DNA of 37,433 nt from Rhodospirillales bacterium (GTDB lineage: Bacteria > Pseudomonadota > Alphaproteobacteria > Rhodospirillales > HT1-32). The notes under the pieces were generated by a model. The model saw only the letters and a list, made by a program, of their open reading frames with translations, had not been told where the DNA came from and did no database searches. The DNA lies in NCBI GenBank assembly GCA_040222645.1, contig JAVKCR010000114.1, positions 1 to 37,433 on the forward strand, in the 5' to 3' direction. Below are positions 36,963-37,433 of the stretch, in pieces. The position numbers were made by a program, and so were the translations under genes. Position 1 is the stretch's first letter. Each line of letters begins with the position of its first letter.

Positions 36963-37433
36963 ATGGCCGAAGAACGTACCGCCGGGGAAATCGAACAGGA
37001 AATCCGCGATTACTGGCGCAGCGCCATCATCGACATGTCGCCGGGGCGAATCCGGTTTTCCGGCTACGCCATCGAGGACCTGATGGGCAATGCCGGCTTC
37101 GCCGACATGGTGTGGCTGCTGACCCGCGGCGAACTGCCGGACCGGGCGCAGTCCGTGCTGCTCGAAGCGGCGCTGGTCGCCGGCGTCGATCACGGCCCGC
37201 AGGCGCCGTCGATCGGCATCGCGCGAATGGCGATCACCTGCGGCGTCGGACTCAACGGCGCCATGGGATCGGCGGTCAACGTGCTGGGCGACGTGCATGG
37301 CGGGGCCGGCGAGCAATGCATGGAACTGCTGATCGAGATCGCCCGCCGACAGGACGACGGCGCCGCGCTGGATGACGCCGTCTCCGCCGGCAGCCACTGG
37401 AACACGGAAACCCGCAGCCGCATCAATCCCGGC
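36963..37433 (+). CDS. Citryl-CoA lyase-like / citrate-synthase-fold protein, 3' end runs off the window
   Basis: Absent from the ORF track. Manual translation from ATG 36963 (GGAGGGAG RBS): MAEERTAGEIEQEIRDYWRSAIIDMSPGRIRFSGYAIEDLMG...RGELP...VDHGPQAPSIGIARMA...LGDVHGGAGEQ. Confidence 0.88.
   Translation, partial: MAEERTAGEIEQEIRDYWRSAIIDMSPGRIRFSGYAIEDLMGNAGFADMVWLLTRGELPDRAQSVLLEAALVAGVDHGPQAPSIGIARMAITCGVGLNGAMGSAVNVLGDVHGGAGEQCMELLIEIARRQDDGAALDDAVSAGSHWNTETRSRINPG

Overview
High-GC alphaproteobacterial chromosomal segment (Rhodospirillales-like by gene content, inferred), densely coding with about 40 genes. I see no rRNA, tRNA, CRISPR array, prophage or transposase. Left to right: wrbA (partial) with a divergent LysR; the conserved MoxR-DUF58-BatA/DUF4159-vWA/GATase-like envelope operon, divergent from DUF1285-nudL-DUF6111-cca-SGNH; ETF:ubiquinone oxidoreductase; family-4 UDG; an SLT lytic transglycosylase preceded by a DnaA-box cluster; moaB; a TIGR04283/TIGR04282 transferase pair divergent from a LexA-boxed PA0069/SplB-like radical SAM gene; rnhB; ccrM with a CtrA box, tandem GANTC sites and NrdR-like boxes; an IclR-TauD-Qor operon; zincin, phhB, aminopeptidase P and a cytochrome c. 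A 10-kb same-strand run follows: polar amino-acid ABC transporter, fold-type-IV PLP-family protein, GntR, MFS, formyltransferase, CaiB/BaiF CoA-transferase, three tandem PAS_5 paralogues and a partial citryl-CoA-lyase-like gene. Most notable: (1) the class IV 'aminotransferase' lacks both the canonical Schiff-base Lys and the pyridine-N Glu, inside an uncharacterised uptake/catabolic operon; (2) a YgfB/UPF0149-like module appears fused to aminopeptidase P; (3) the CCA-adding enzyme has an apparent N-terminal membrane anchor; (4) the SOS-boxed radical SAM/transferase locus; (5) NrdR-like boxes flank the CtrA site of ccrM; (6) a three-copy stand-alone PAS_5 array splits a CoA-transferase/lyase pair. 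All family assignments come from motif recognition by eye; no database searches were run.
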